8,574 nt of DNA from a virus (lineage: Duplodnaviria; Heunggongvirae; Uroviricota; Caudoviricetes): the IMG/VR virus record IMGVR_UViG_2693429733_000011, positions 1 through 8,574 of that record. One strand, 5' to 3'. Shown here piece after piece: positions 1 to 6,590 of the stretch; within the stretch, counting starts at the first letter, position 1; every line of letters starts with the position of its first letter. The notes below the pieces were generated by a model that was not told the origin of the DNA, did no database searches, and worked only from the letters and a program-made list of their open reading frames with translations. The position numbers were made by a program, and so were the translations under genes.

Positions 1-21
1 CCTCAAAAACACCATCATACA

Positions 22-276
22 CTAAATCAGTAAGTTGGCAGCATCACCACTGTTCAGGGTGTCATACGGTGTTGCATCCATTGCCAGCACAGCGTCGCGA
101 ACCGGTGCCGGGATAACGCCCGGTGGTGGCTCATAGCGAACAAACTCCCTCCGTGGTTTCTGCCGGACGGAAGCGATCACCTCATCGTTAATTTCCGGTG
201 GCTGTGGTTCAGGTTGTTTGTCCGGTACCGCCGGCGCTGACGGTTCTTTTCGTTTAAACGGCCACATCAGATCCAC
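22..276 (-). CDS. hypothetical small proline-rich phage protein (84 aa) immediately downstream of the terminase large subunit
   Basis: ORF from the supplied track; its ATG at 276 overlaps the terL stop by 10 nt; codon usage looks host-like (CCG, CTG). I recognise no family. A head-tail joining or portal-adjacent gene would normally sit here. Confidence 0.35.
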   Translation of the reverse strand: MDLMWPFKRKEPSAPAVPDKQPEPQPPEINDEVIASVRQKPRREFVRYEPPPGVIPAPVRDAVLAMDATPYDTLNSGDAANLLI

Positions 277-1886
277 TCCATAAAGTCATCAGAAATTACG
301 ATGGGCATTTCCATCGGGGCATAAGCAATCATCACAGAATCAGCCAGGTTTGGAGATTTCGTTCCGTCAGGTTGCTTATCCACAAGAATTTTTCCGGTGG
401 CATTTTTTGACCAGGTAGGTTGTGACAGCTCCATCAACAGCCGGTCTTTATTTTCCATTGTGCTGCTGATGGAAATAATCTCATCCGGGTCATACTCCAT
501 ACCCTGTAGTGCACGAAATGTATTGCGGAATAATTTGCGAAGATGCCACCACCCCTGGGCTTTGGCATTGACAAAAAAGTCCTTATTCAGACGAGCCGGT
601 TTACCATTATCACCGGGAACAGCTTCATTTTCAGGATGAAACACGCTCCCGCTGCCCCGGAATGGAGTGGCGGTGATTTGACAGATGCCCTCCGCTTCAC
701 GCAGTTCGTTGATAGCGCGCGCATCACCACGAACGCCAGCACCCAATCCGTCCTCATCAAAGCGAAACTCATCGGCACCAAAGTCATCGCACAGACCAAA
801 AACCTTAACCACAGAGTCATAGATGTCACTCCCCTTACCTGACCACTCCTGTACGTCATTCAGCAGGATGCCATAACGGAGCGAACAGGCGTTTTTATCC
901 CGCCCTTCGTCGGCGACATCCATTGCACCAAGCCGTTGGCCGCCGGGCTGAATGCCCAGTCTGATATGTGCATCAACCGCAGCCTGTACCCATTCTGAGG
1001 GGATCAGGATGCCTTCTGCTGATGCCTGGTAATTAAGATCCAGTTCCTGGGCAACGATGACTGGGTTATCAATTTTCTCGCACTCCTTGTGATACCACTC
1101 ATCGTCTTTACGCGGATCGCTACGCCAGTGAAACGTAAACACCGGGATTTTTCCACTGTGCCGCTTCTGTGCGAAGGGGTTGTTCATGCCGTTAACCGAT
1201 GAGAGATCGATACGACATCGGGTTGTCTGGGAAAGCGCGGCATCAATAAGTAATGGTCGCTGGAGAAAAGCAGCCTCATCCACAAAATAAAGGGTCGTAC
1301 GGTCACCACGACCGATATTATCGCCAGCCTCACCTTTGATAACCGCGCCAGTTTCAGGAAACTCAACACGCATATATGGCGCGTGCTTCTTCTCGCTCCA
1401 CGAACCGCGAAACTCTACAGGTAGAGTTTCCACGAACTTGCGCGCCTTCCAGAACAATGCTTTCGGGTCACCGGTGCTGTCGACGTATTCCTCTTTACGG
1501 GAGCCGAAACCGATAACCATTTCTTTGTTGAAGAGACAAAGCGAGCAGGCCAGTCCGATCGCGGTCCAACTGAGCCCCATTTCACGGGATTTTTCGGTAA
1601 TACCATTCTCCCGATTGCTCCAGCGTTCCATAATCCAGTGGATCCACTCCTCCTGCTTAGGGAAGAGTAAAAACGGAATGGTCACCGGCAGGCCATAATC
1701 AATATTACGCGGGTCCGTTGTCATGCCCCAGTCGATAATGAACTGAGCCGGGTTGGTACGGTAAAACTGTTTTAGTGCAGGCAATATTTCAGGATTCTGG
1801 CGAATGCGCTGTAGGCGTTCCATCCGCCATTCAAAAACCATCTGGTAATCAGGATGTTTAAAATCGAAGGGGAATGGTAACGGCAT
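267..1886 (-). CDS. terL: phage terminase large subunit (539 aa)
   Basis: Size and position directly downstream of a clear terminase small subunit; its start at 1884-1886 lies 2 nt downstream of the terS stop (1889-1891), i.e. the genes are adjacent; acidic C-terminal region consistent with a nuclease domain. Family assignment is by recall of the gene pair's layout, not by search. Confidence 0.7.
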   Translation of the reverse strand: MPLPFPFDFKHPDYQMVFEWRMERLQRIRQNPEILPALKQFYRTNPAQFIIDWGMTTDPRNIDYGLPVTIPFLLFPKQEEWIHWIMERWSNRENGITEKSREMGLSWTAIGLACSLCLFNKEMVIGFGSRKEEYVDSTGDPKALFWKARKFVETLPVEFRGSWSEKKHAPYMRVEFPETGAVIKGEAGDNIGRGDRTTLYFVDEAAFLQRPLLIDAALSQTTRCRIDLSSVNGMNNPFAQKRHSGKIPVFTFHWRSDPRKDDEWYHKECEKIDNPVIVAQELDLNYQASAEGILIPSEWVQAAVDAHIRLGIQPGGQRLGAMDVADEGRDKNACSLRYGILLNDVQEWSGKGSDIYDSVVKVFGLCDDFGADEFRFDEDGLGAGVRGDARAINELREAEGICQITATPFRGSGSVFHPENEAVPGDNGKPARLNKDFFVNAKAQGWWHLRKLFRNTFRALQGMEYDPDEIISISSTMENKDRLLMELSQPTWSKNATGKILVDKQPDGTKSPNLADSVMIAYAPMEMPIVISDDFMEWI

Positions 1887-1888
1887 AC

Positions 1889-2443
1889 TTAGCCCATCAT
1901 TTTTCTATACACCTCTGCGGCCTGCTCAGGCGTTAATTTGGTAATTTCTGTTCTGACTGGTCCTCCGTCAGCGCCAGTCACTTCATTTTTGACGTTGTCT
2001 TTAAACGCCTGAACAGAAACATGGCGCCCAAGCAACTCAAGGTTTTTAACCTTATCAGGCCATTTGATTTTCTTCAGAAGTGCGGCGCTATCTGCGGATA
2101 CCATCTCCACGACATCCATTCCTGATAGCGTTGTGCGCCATACCTTAGGCCAGTCTTTAATGGGCTTTAGCTCACCGTTTTGCAGGAGAATGTCGAGCAC
2201 ATCCATCTGGTCGATTTCAACCAATCTACGAAGAACATAAGCGGCATCTATACCTACCTCTTCGTTTCGCTCGGCTTTAAGCTCAGCAATGCGCTTTGCG
2301 ATATTAGCTTTTATTAGGTTTTTGCATCCTTGTACGGCGGCAGAATCCTCACTGTAACCCGCCCTGATGGCTGCTTGCGTGGCATTGAGATCTTTCAGGT
2401 ACTCACGGGCAAACAGCTCTTGTTTGTCGGTGAGCTTTGCCAT
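1889..2443 (-). CDS. terS: phage terminase small subunit, Terminase_2/P27-like with N-terminal HTH (184 aa)
   Basis: N-terminus [31 protein letters not shown] matches the hallmark small-terminase HTH motif (KQExFxxEYL...[12 protein letters not shown]); GGAG ribosome-binding site 8 nt upstream of the ATG; immediately precedes terL. Confidence 0.8.
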   Translation of the reverse strand: MAKLTDKQELFAREYLKDLNATQAAIRAGYSEDSAAVQGCKNLIKANIAKRIAELKAERNEEVGIDAAYVLRRLVEIDQMDVLDILLQNGELKPIKDWPKVWRTTLSGMDVVEMVSADSAALLKKIKWPDKVKNLELLGRHVSVQAFKDNVKNEVTGADGGPVRTEITKLTPEQAAEVYRKMMG

Positions 2444-2470
2444 TATTTGTGCTCCGTTTATCCGTTAAAA

Positions 2471-2492
2471 GGGATATCAGTTAAGTTATCCC
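2471..2492 (-). terminator. weak hairpin (GGGATA-N10-TATCCC) followed by a short T-run on the minus strand, upstream of terS
   Basis: Read directly: plus-strand gggatatcagttaagttatccc; minus-strand copy is followed by TTTTAACGG. Stem is only 6 bp and AT-rich, so it may be a weak terminator or attenuator. Confidence 0.2.
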
Positions 2493-2523
2493 GTGTAGGG
2501 TATAAGCCATTATCAAGCCCACC

Positions 2524-2540
2524 AGTAGATGGACTTTGTA
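2524..2540 (-). repeat. copy A of a 17-bp motif (minus strand ACAAAGTCCATCTACTG), upstream of terS
   Basis: Read directly: plus cagtagatggactttgt; 15 of 17 positions identical to the copy at 3543-3559, same orientation. Confidence 0.5.
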
Positions 2541-2566
2541 ATGAAGAGCCGTTGTGAAAGTAGCTC

Positions 2567-2779
2567 TCAGGTTGTCATTTTTTCCCTTTTCTGCCTACCT
2601 GCCCACTGTTTTGCAATGTACAGGCAGTCATCGAAAACTCGGCCTTTTCTGCTGGCTTGTGAACAACGGCGGTAATGCTCCACCGCCATGTCAGCGCCAG
2701 TCATAGCCGCGTTCTGGTCGTACCCAAGCTTTATTAACTCGGTTGTTACATTTTTATGTATGAAATCAATCGGAGTCAT
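2567..2779 (-). CDS. hypothetical small protein (70 aa), translationally coupled to the upstream Rha-like gene
   Basis: ORF from the track; its ATG (2777-2779) overlaps the stop of the upstream gene (2776-2778) in an ATGA arrangement. No family recognised. Confidence 0.4.
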   Translation of the reverse strand: MTPIDFIHKNVTTELIKLGYDQNAAMTGADMAVEHYRRCSQASRKGRVFDDCLYIAKQWAGRQKREKMTT

Positions 2780-3372
2780 GCTGGTTTACCATCAGGGAAA
2801 TCCCCCATGTCACATAGCTTGAACTGAATCAGATCCTTCACAAGCTGCTCAGCCTTTTTAATGGCCTTCTTCTCTTTCTTCCGACGAGTCATGAGAGCGC
2901 TACCTGCTTGACCGTGCATTTCAAATGAGAACTTCTCAGCAGCCGCGACACGGTTTTGCATTTCGCTGATTGCCATATCGGTCAGGCCAGAGAAATCGAG
3001 GAGGTTAATGTCCTTCCCGCCCTCAAGCTCCGTCATGTGGTCATACACCTGCGCCTGAAGCTCATAGCTGTAGCTCATTGCCATGAGGCAAGCTTCACGC
3101 TTGGGAAAATTGCAAATATCCCTCTCCACAACACCACCTGTTCCGTTGATATAGGTATCAGTTGCAAAAAATTTTGCAGCTGCATCCCCGAGGACCCTGG
3201 GTACTTTCTTCATGAAACTGCGGTGTTCGAGTTTGCGATATTTCTTACAGGGGAACGCAAGCCCCTCCGCCTCCGCTTTGGATTTCCGATCAGCATTAAT
3301 GTAATCCACCATCTCAAGACTGCTCATGGTCGGGTATTCGCCAGAAGGAAGAACGGTTAATGATTTGTTCAT
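2776..3372 (-). CDS. putative phage regulatory protein, Rha/antirepressor-like (198 aa)
   Basis: Central segment FATDTYINGTGG...CLMAMSYSYELQ loosely resembles the Rha (ORF6N-type) domain pattern; AGGA ribosome-binding site about 9 nt upstream of the ATG; sits in the moron slot between lysis and packaging genes. Assignment is tentative, by recall only. Confidence 0.35.
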   Translation of the reverse strand: MNKSLTVLPSGEYPTMSSLEMVDYINADRKSKAEAEGLAFPCKKYRKLEHRSFMKKVPRVLGDAAAKFFATDTYINGTGGVVERDICNFPKREACLMAMSYSYELQAQVYDHMTELEGGKDINLLDFSGLTDMAISEMQNRVAAAEKFSFEMHGQAGSALMTRRKKEKKAIKKAEQLVKDLIQFKLCDMGDFPDGKPA

Positions 3373-3513
3373 GTCGGTATTTCCTTTAGAAAGTTGAGCC
3401 TGTTCGCACAGAAAAGCCGTCCCCGAGAGGTCCTCACCTATACGGCAGTTCTCAGGCTCAGCTTTCTGAAAGACTCGGGATTGTTACGCGCTGCGATGCG
3501 CGGTTTACTGCGG

Positions 3514-3541
3514 ACATATAAAAGCCCCGCAAGTGCGAGGC
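3514..3541 (-). terminator. intrinsic terminator downstream of Rz/Rz1 (minus strand)
   Basis: Read directly: minus-strand GCCTCGCACTTGCGGGGC forms a GC-rich stem with one G-U pair, followed by TTTTATAT. Confidence 0.4.
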
Positions 3542-3542
3542 T

Positions 3543-3559
3543 CATTAAATGGACTTTGT
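3543..3559 (-). repeat. copy B of the 17-bp motif (minus strand ACAAAGTCCATTTAATG), between the Rz stop and the terminator
   Basis: Read directly: plus cattaaatggactttgt; 15 of 17 identical to the copy at 2524-2540. Confidence 0.5.
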
Positions 3560-3574
3560 GATTTGCAAAAAAAT

Positions 3575-4042
3575 TTATTTCAGGCACTGAGTCCTGATGT
3601 ACTCCTGAAGCATTCTCAATGCTGTCTGGTCGCTGATGATTCCGTCCCGGATACCGAGAACGTTTCGTCCAGCAACTGGAGAGAGTTCGACGGTGGCATC
3701 ATTGCCCATGCCGGAGGCGCTGGAGGTTTCGGCTGAGGATGGCACAGGGCATTTTCCTTTGACGAGCACCCGACCACCATTATCAAGCTTGCGCCGAAGA
3801 GCATCATTTTCAGCTTTCGCATCAGCTAACTCCTTCGTGTATTTAGCATCGAGTGCATCAGCATCACGCTGGCGCTGCTGCATGTCAGTAATGGTTGCGT
3901 TCGCCAGCTTCAGTTCTCTTGCGTTTTTGTCGCGCTGCTCTTTGTAGGTAATGGCGTTATCACGGTAATGATTAACAGCCCATGACAGGCGGACGATGAT
4001 GCAGATAACCAGAGCGGAGATAATCGCGGTGACTCTGCTCAT
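3575..4042 (-). CDS. Rz: Rz i-spanin (inner-membrane spanin subunit)
   Basis: N-terminus [17 protein letters not shown]...[14 protein letters not shown]...[13 protein letters not shown] closely matches lambda-type Rz as I recall it; the ATG at 4040-4042 overlaps the endolysin stop. The track's start at 4054 is a GTG, 12 nt upstream. Confidence 0.85.
   Translation of the reverse strand: MSRVTAIISALVICIIVRLSWAVNHYRDNAITYKEQRDKNARELKLANATITDMQQRQRDADALDAKYTKELADAKAENDALRRKLDNGGRVLVKGKCPVPSSAETSSASGMGNDATVELSPVAGRNVLGIRDGIISDQTALRMLQEYIRTQCLK
3616..3822 (-). CDS. Rz1: Rz1 o-spanin lipoprotein, embedded in the +1 frame of Rz
   Basis: MRKLKMML...VVGC lipobox followed by a proline-rich stretch ([11 protein letters not shown]), and fully nested inside Rz, as in lambda Rz1. 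Confidence 0.75.
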   Translation of the reverse strand: MRKLKMMLFGASLIMVVGCSSKENALCHPQPKPPAPPAWAMMPPSNSLQLLDETFSVSGTESSATRQH

Positions 4043-4529
4043 TGCTGCCCCCACAAACAGACTTCACGCTCAATCTCACGACGGGTCATCAGCCCTTTCC
4101 ATTGCTTACCGCCAGCATATGTCCAGCGACGTAGCTGGTCACATGCGCCTTTGATATCGCCCTGGTTTATTTTGCGAAGAAGCGTCGATGTTCTGAAATT
4201 GCCAGCGCCCACGTTGTAAACGAACGAGTAAAGAGCGCCGCGCGTTGTTTCCGGTATATCGACTTTGATGTACGGGTTAATTTGTCTGGCGACAGTGGCA
4301 AGGTCTTTATTCAGGAGAGCTTTGCATTCTGCTTCGGTATACGTTTTACCNNNNNNNNNNNNNNNNNNNNNNNNNNNNNNNNNNNNNNNNNNNNGATATC
4401 TTTGTATGGTATGTAGCTGACACCTTCCAGACCATCGTTACCACCTGGGCCAGTGATTAACACAGATGCTATAGCAACAGCCCCGCCACCAATAGCAACT
4501 GCAACAGCCTTGCGTAATGATGGCGACAT
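4039..4529 (-). CDS. R: SAR endolysin (phage-21 R-like lysozyme), interrupted by an assembly gap
   Basis: N-terminal Gly/Ala-rich signal-anchor-release domain ([45 protein letters not shown]); after the N-run the in-frame translation resumes [16 protein letters not shown]...[18 protein letters not shown], typical of T4-lysozyme-like phage endolysins. The start overlaps the holin stop and the stop overlaps the Rz start. Confidence 0.85.
4351..4394. other. run of 44 N (assembly gap or masked sequence) inside the endolysin gene
   Basis: Read directly. Both flanks are codon-aligned to the endolysin frame, but 44 is not a multiple of 3, so the true length differs; by recalled homology about 17 codons are missing. 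Confidence 0.95.
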
Positions 4530-4744
4530 TATTCACCTCTCGCAGCCTTACGCTTGTCTTCTCTGATTTTGAAGTACAGATTTGTCAGATAAGTCAGGAA
4601 GCCCAGAACCAGACTCCCCAGTACACCAATCGCAGCCCACTGTGACGGACTGACCTGATCAAGCCACTGTAAAAACCAGTAGCCGGCACTGCCTGCGGAG
4701 GTGCCGTAGGCAATGCCCGTTGAAATTTTGTCCATGGATTTCAT
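4529..4744 (-). CDS. S: class II pinholin, phage-21 S21 / EssD-type (71 aa) with dual-start MKSM motif
   Basis: [71 protein letters not shown] is near-identical to S21/EssD as I recall it; strong ribosome-binding site GGAGGTGA upstream. Confidence 0.9.
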   Translation of the reverse strand: MKSMDKISTGIAYGTSAGSAGYWFLQWLDQVSPSQWAAIGVLGSLVLGFLTYLTNLYFKIREDKRKAARGE

Positions 4745-4804
4745 AGCCTCACCTCCGCAAATAACGGATGGCGTAGTTTTACACTGAGAAATGAAAGGGA
4801 TTTG

Positions 4805-4828
4805 AAAAGAAAAAACCGCAAAAGCGGG
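4805..4828 (-). terminator. weak terminator-like hairpin (CCGC-TTTT-GCGG) plus long U-run, about 60 nt upstream of the holin start
   Basis: Read directly: minus-strand CGCCCGCTTTTGCGGTTTTTTCTTTTC. The stem is only 4-5 bp, so termination strength is uncertain. Confidence 0.3.
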
Positions 4829-4904
4829 CGAAACGATATATACAGTAAGGAAAGCACTCTATCCAACAAACCACTCACAGTTAATCGGAATAAAAGCAGA
4901 GTGC

Positions 4905-4977
4905 TTATGAATGATCGCCTGCCCGAAGGTTAGTATTTCTGCACAGCAATTTTGCAAAAAAAAGCGATCATTCATAA
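4905..4977. repeat. perfect 14-bp inverted repeat (TTATGAATGATCGC / GCGATCATTCATAA) separated by 45 nt
   Basis: Read directly at 4905-4918 and 4964-4977; lies in the non-coding slot between the tRNA array and the holin. Confidence 0.8.
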
Positions 4978-5036
4978 CTTAAACGTCTTTCAGTCACTCC
5001 GGGATTTCCCATCATCGCAGACTGAAAGACTCTAAC

Positions 5037-5111
<75 letters not shown>

Positions 5112-5114
5112 ATA

Positions 5115-5189
<75 letters not shown>

Positions 5190-5191
5190 AC

Positions 5192-5268
5192 TGGACCGCC
5201 ACCGGGGACTCGAACCTCGCACACTCAACTTAAAGGGTTGACGCTCTTTCCTGATGAGCTAGTGGCGG
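5192..5268 (-). tRNA. tRNA-like gene, anticodon UUU (Lys) by position, with non-canonical features
   Basis: Acceptor CCGCCAC/GTGGCGG, D-arm GCTC/GAGC, anticodon stem TCAAC/GTTGA with loop CCTTTAA (C at position 33 instead of U), T-loop TTCGAGT with one A-C mismatch in the T-stem, CCA encoded. Confidence 0.45.
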
Positions 5269-5269
5269 T

Positions 5270-5345
5270 TGGTGGCCCTTGCTGGATTTGAACCAGCGAC
5301 CTGGCGATTATGAGTCGCTCGCTCTCACCACTGAGCTAAAGGGCC
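5270..5345 (-). tRNA. tRNA with CAU anticodon, most like ileX-type tRNA-Ile2 (lysidine), alternatively elongator tRNA-Met
   Basis: Acceptor GGCCCTT/AAGGGCC, anticodon loop CTCATAA, T-loop TTCAAAT; high similarity to E. coli ileX as I recall it. CCA encoded. Confidence 0.75.
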
Positions 5346-5450
5346 GGGCGCAGGATAATAACGTTACGAAATCAATGTTGCAAGCATTCAAAAATCACCC
5401 TTATCTCCTCCACCAGCGCATTCACCATGTCTATCCGGGATAAGTGGCAC

Positions 5451-5480
5451 AAAAAACCCGCTTGTGGGCGGGTTTTGTTT
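5451..5480 (-). terminator. intrinsic terminator (bidirectional hairpin), candidate tR'-like late terminator downstream of the Q-like gene
   Basis: Read directly: minus-strand AAAACCCGCCCACAAGCGGGTTTTTTGTG; the stem CCCGC/GCGGG is flanked by an A-run and a T-run, so it could terminate on either strand. Confidence 0.6.
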
Positions 5481-5527
5481 GCTTTTGCCATCACGTACAA
5501 AATCGGCAAAATATCAGATTTGCATGA

Positions 5528-5556
5528 AATATATGCCTTTCAATCTACTTTTGCAA
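5528..5556 (-). promoter_or_regulatory. sigma70 promoter, candidate late promoter (pR'-like), overlapping the 3' end of the Q-like gene
   Basis: Read directly on the minus strand: -35 TTGCAA (5556-5551), 17-nt spacer, -10 TATATT (5533-5528). The predicted start near 5521 would give a transcript of about 70 nt ending at the terminator at 5451-5480, analogous to the lambda 6S / pR'-tR' unit. Confidence 0.45.
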
Positions 5557-6234
5557 CACTTTGCTTTGAAAATGCCGTCTTTTTTTTGAACGTGTTCTCA
5601 TTACAAACAATAAAGCCTCACTATCCAGTCGGTGAAAAATGTGTTTCATTGCAACCCAGTGACGAGTAAATGTTTTGGACCAGTTTTTAGTTGTCACTCC
5701 CGCCAGTAATGCCAGCTCCTGGTATTCATAACCTTCCCCACCAAAAAGTTCTGCTTTTACTGCCTGCGCCGCCAGCCAGATTAATTTTTTCAGGCGTTCC
5801 TGCGTTTTCCCTGCAATTTTTCTGGTACCGGATTGAGCATTAAATTCATTCCACGCCCACTGTGTTATCGCGATCTGATATTCCCAACAAATACTCCCGC
5901 TGTAACACCACAACAACCAGGCTTTATGATGTTCTTCAAGAGACAGAACAGCCCGCCGCCACGATGATGTCGAAAACCCAACCGGACTGACCAGAGGAAT
6001 TGACGTCCCCTTCGCCAGCGATTGCTTTCCCGGGATTGGTGGATTATCCCGCGTTATCATTTTTCCAGTCACTTCATCGCGGTACCGGATTTTTTTACGC
6101 CTGTAACGCCCTGTATCGAACATGGCATTCTCTTGCCAGGCTTCAAGCTGACCTTTTGTTGCCCCACTCAAATCAGCGGTGGCGATAATGAGCTGCTCAC
6201 GCACAAACTGTAAATACTGGTTATTCATGCGCAC
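5545..6234 (-). CDS. putative late-gene antiterminator, Q-like (229 aa)
   Basis: Call rests on synteny only: directly downstream of rusA and directly upstream of a promoter plus terminator, a tRNA array and the lysis cassette. I do not recognise the sequence as lambda Q. Confidence 0.4.
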   Translation of the reverse strand: MRMNNQYLQFVREQLIIATADLSGATKGQLEAWQENAMFDTGRYRRKKIRYRDEVTGKMITRDNPPIPGKQSLAKGTSIPLVSPVGFSTSSWRRAVLSLEEHHKAWLLWCYSGSICWEYQIAITQWAWNEFNAQSGTRKIAGKTQERLKKLIWLAAQAVKAELFGGEGYEYQELALLAGVTTKNWSKTFTRHWVAMKHIFHRLDSEALLFVMRTRSKKRRHFQSKVLQK

Positions 6235-6590
6235 CCCAGTTCTGTGATTTTTATCCCCAGCCGCCCACCAGGAACGAGCTGACCGCGCACAATATTGATT
6301 TCATCAAACTGCTCGTCGTCTATAAGTAGTCCAGCATGCGTCAGCGCATCCAGCGGTGCCTTCAGGATATTGTCCAGGTCACGACGGCGCTTATCCGGTG
6401 GCTCTGCAATAATCTTTATCGCCAGCCTTCCGGACAGGTTTAATTTCAGTCGCTGCTGGCGAACAATTAGCGCCACATCACGGCGATAACGCTTTCCGGC
6501 TTCCGAGATGAAATACGTATTGCCATGACGTCGCCAGTAGGTATTCACCGTCGGCGGGTAAGGCAAAACAAATTCTATGCGTTCAGTCAT
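6225..6590 (-). CDS. rusA: RusA-family Holliday junction resolvase (121 aa)
   Basis: Motifs LPYPPTVNTYWRR, DKRRRDLDNILKAPLDAL and GGRLGIKITE match the RusA signature (PPSxNxYYR ... DRRRRDLDN ... DAL ... GGRL). Confidence 0.85.
   Translation of the reverse strand: MTERIEFVLPYPPTVNTYWRRHGNTYFISEAGKRYRRDVALIVRQQRLKLNLSGRLAIKIIAEPPDKRRRDLDNILKAPLDALTHAGLLIDDEQFDEINIVRGQLVPGGRLGIKITELGCA

Noticed and set aside
397-1698. Track ORFs on the plus strand or in alternative minus frames inside terL (397-639+, 543-842+, 587-859-, 1184-1369-, 1336-1698+, 1415-1606-)
   Set aside because: All are nested within the 539-aa terminase ORF, have low-complexity or odd composition and no recognisable motif; most likely shadow ORFs.
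2330-2557. Plus-strand 75-aa ORF overlapping the terS start and its upstream region
   Set aside because: Antisense to terS and its ribosome-binding site; no start context or family resemblance.
2444-2566. Lambda-type cos site (cosN/cosB) upstream of terS
   Set aside because: The terminase here is not the lambda Nu1/A type, and I cannot identify cosN-like symmetry by eye; the repeated 17-bp motif is reported as a finding without calling it cos.
2956-3360. Plus-strand 134-aa ORF antisense to the Rha-like gene
   Set aside because: Entirely inside the Rha-like CDS on the opposite strand, Cys/His-rich odd composition, no ribosome-binding site; likely spurious.
3533-3947. Plus-strand ORFs 3533-3736 and 3636-3947 across Rz/Rz1
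   Set aside because: The region already encodes Rz with Rz1 nested in it; the translations are Ser/Ala-rich and look like antisense artefacts.
4311-4529. Track ORF 4311-4529 as a separate 72-aa gene
   Set aside because: It is the N-terminal part of the endolysin read through the N-gap in a shifted frame; the real CDS continues in-frame to 4039 once the gap length is corrected.
4859-4975. 38-aa minus-strand ORF (MNDRFFLQNCCAEILTFGQAIIHKHSAFIPINCEWFVG) spanning the inverted repeat
   Set aside because: Its start codon lies inside the inverted-repeat arm, there is no ribosome-binding site and the composition is not protein-like; probably a by-product of the repeat.
4745-5036. Shiga toxin (stxAB) or other toxin cargo between the tRNAs and the holin
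   Set aside because: The interval is only about 290 nt with no ORF of the required size; the cargo slot is empty of protein-coding genes.
5427-5669. Plus-strand 80-aa ORF across the promoter/terminator region and the Q-like gene end
   Set aside because: It overlaps the intrinsic terminator hairpin and the 3' end of the Q-like gene on the opposite strand; no supporting signal.
6000-6489. Plus-strand ORFs 6000-6188, 6022-6213 and 6295-6489
   Set aside because: Antisense to the Q-like gene and rusA, short, no ribosome-binding sites.
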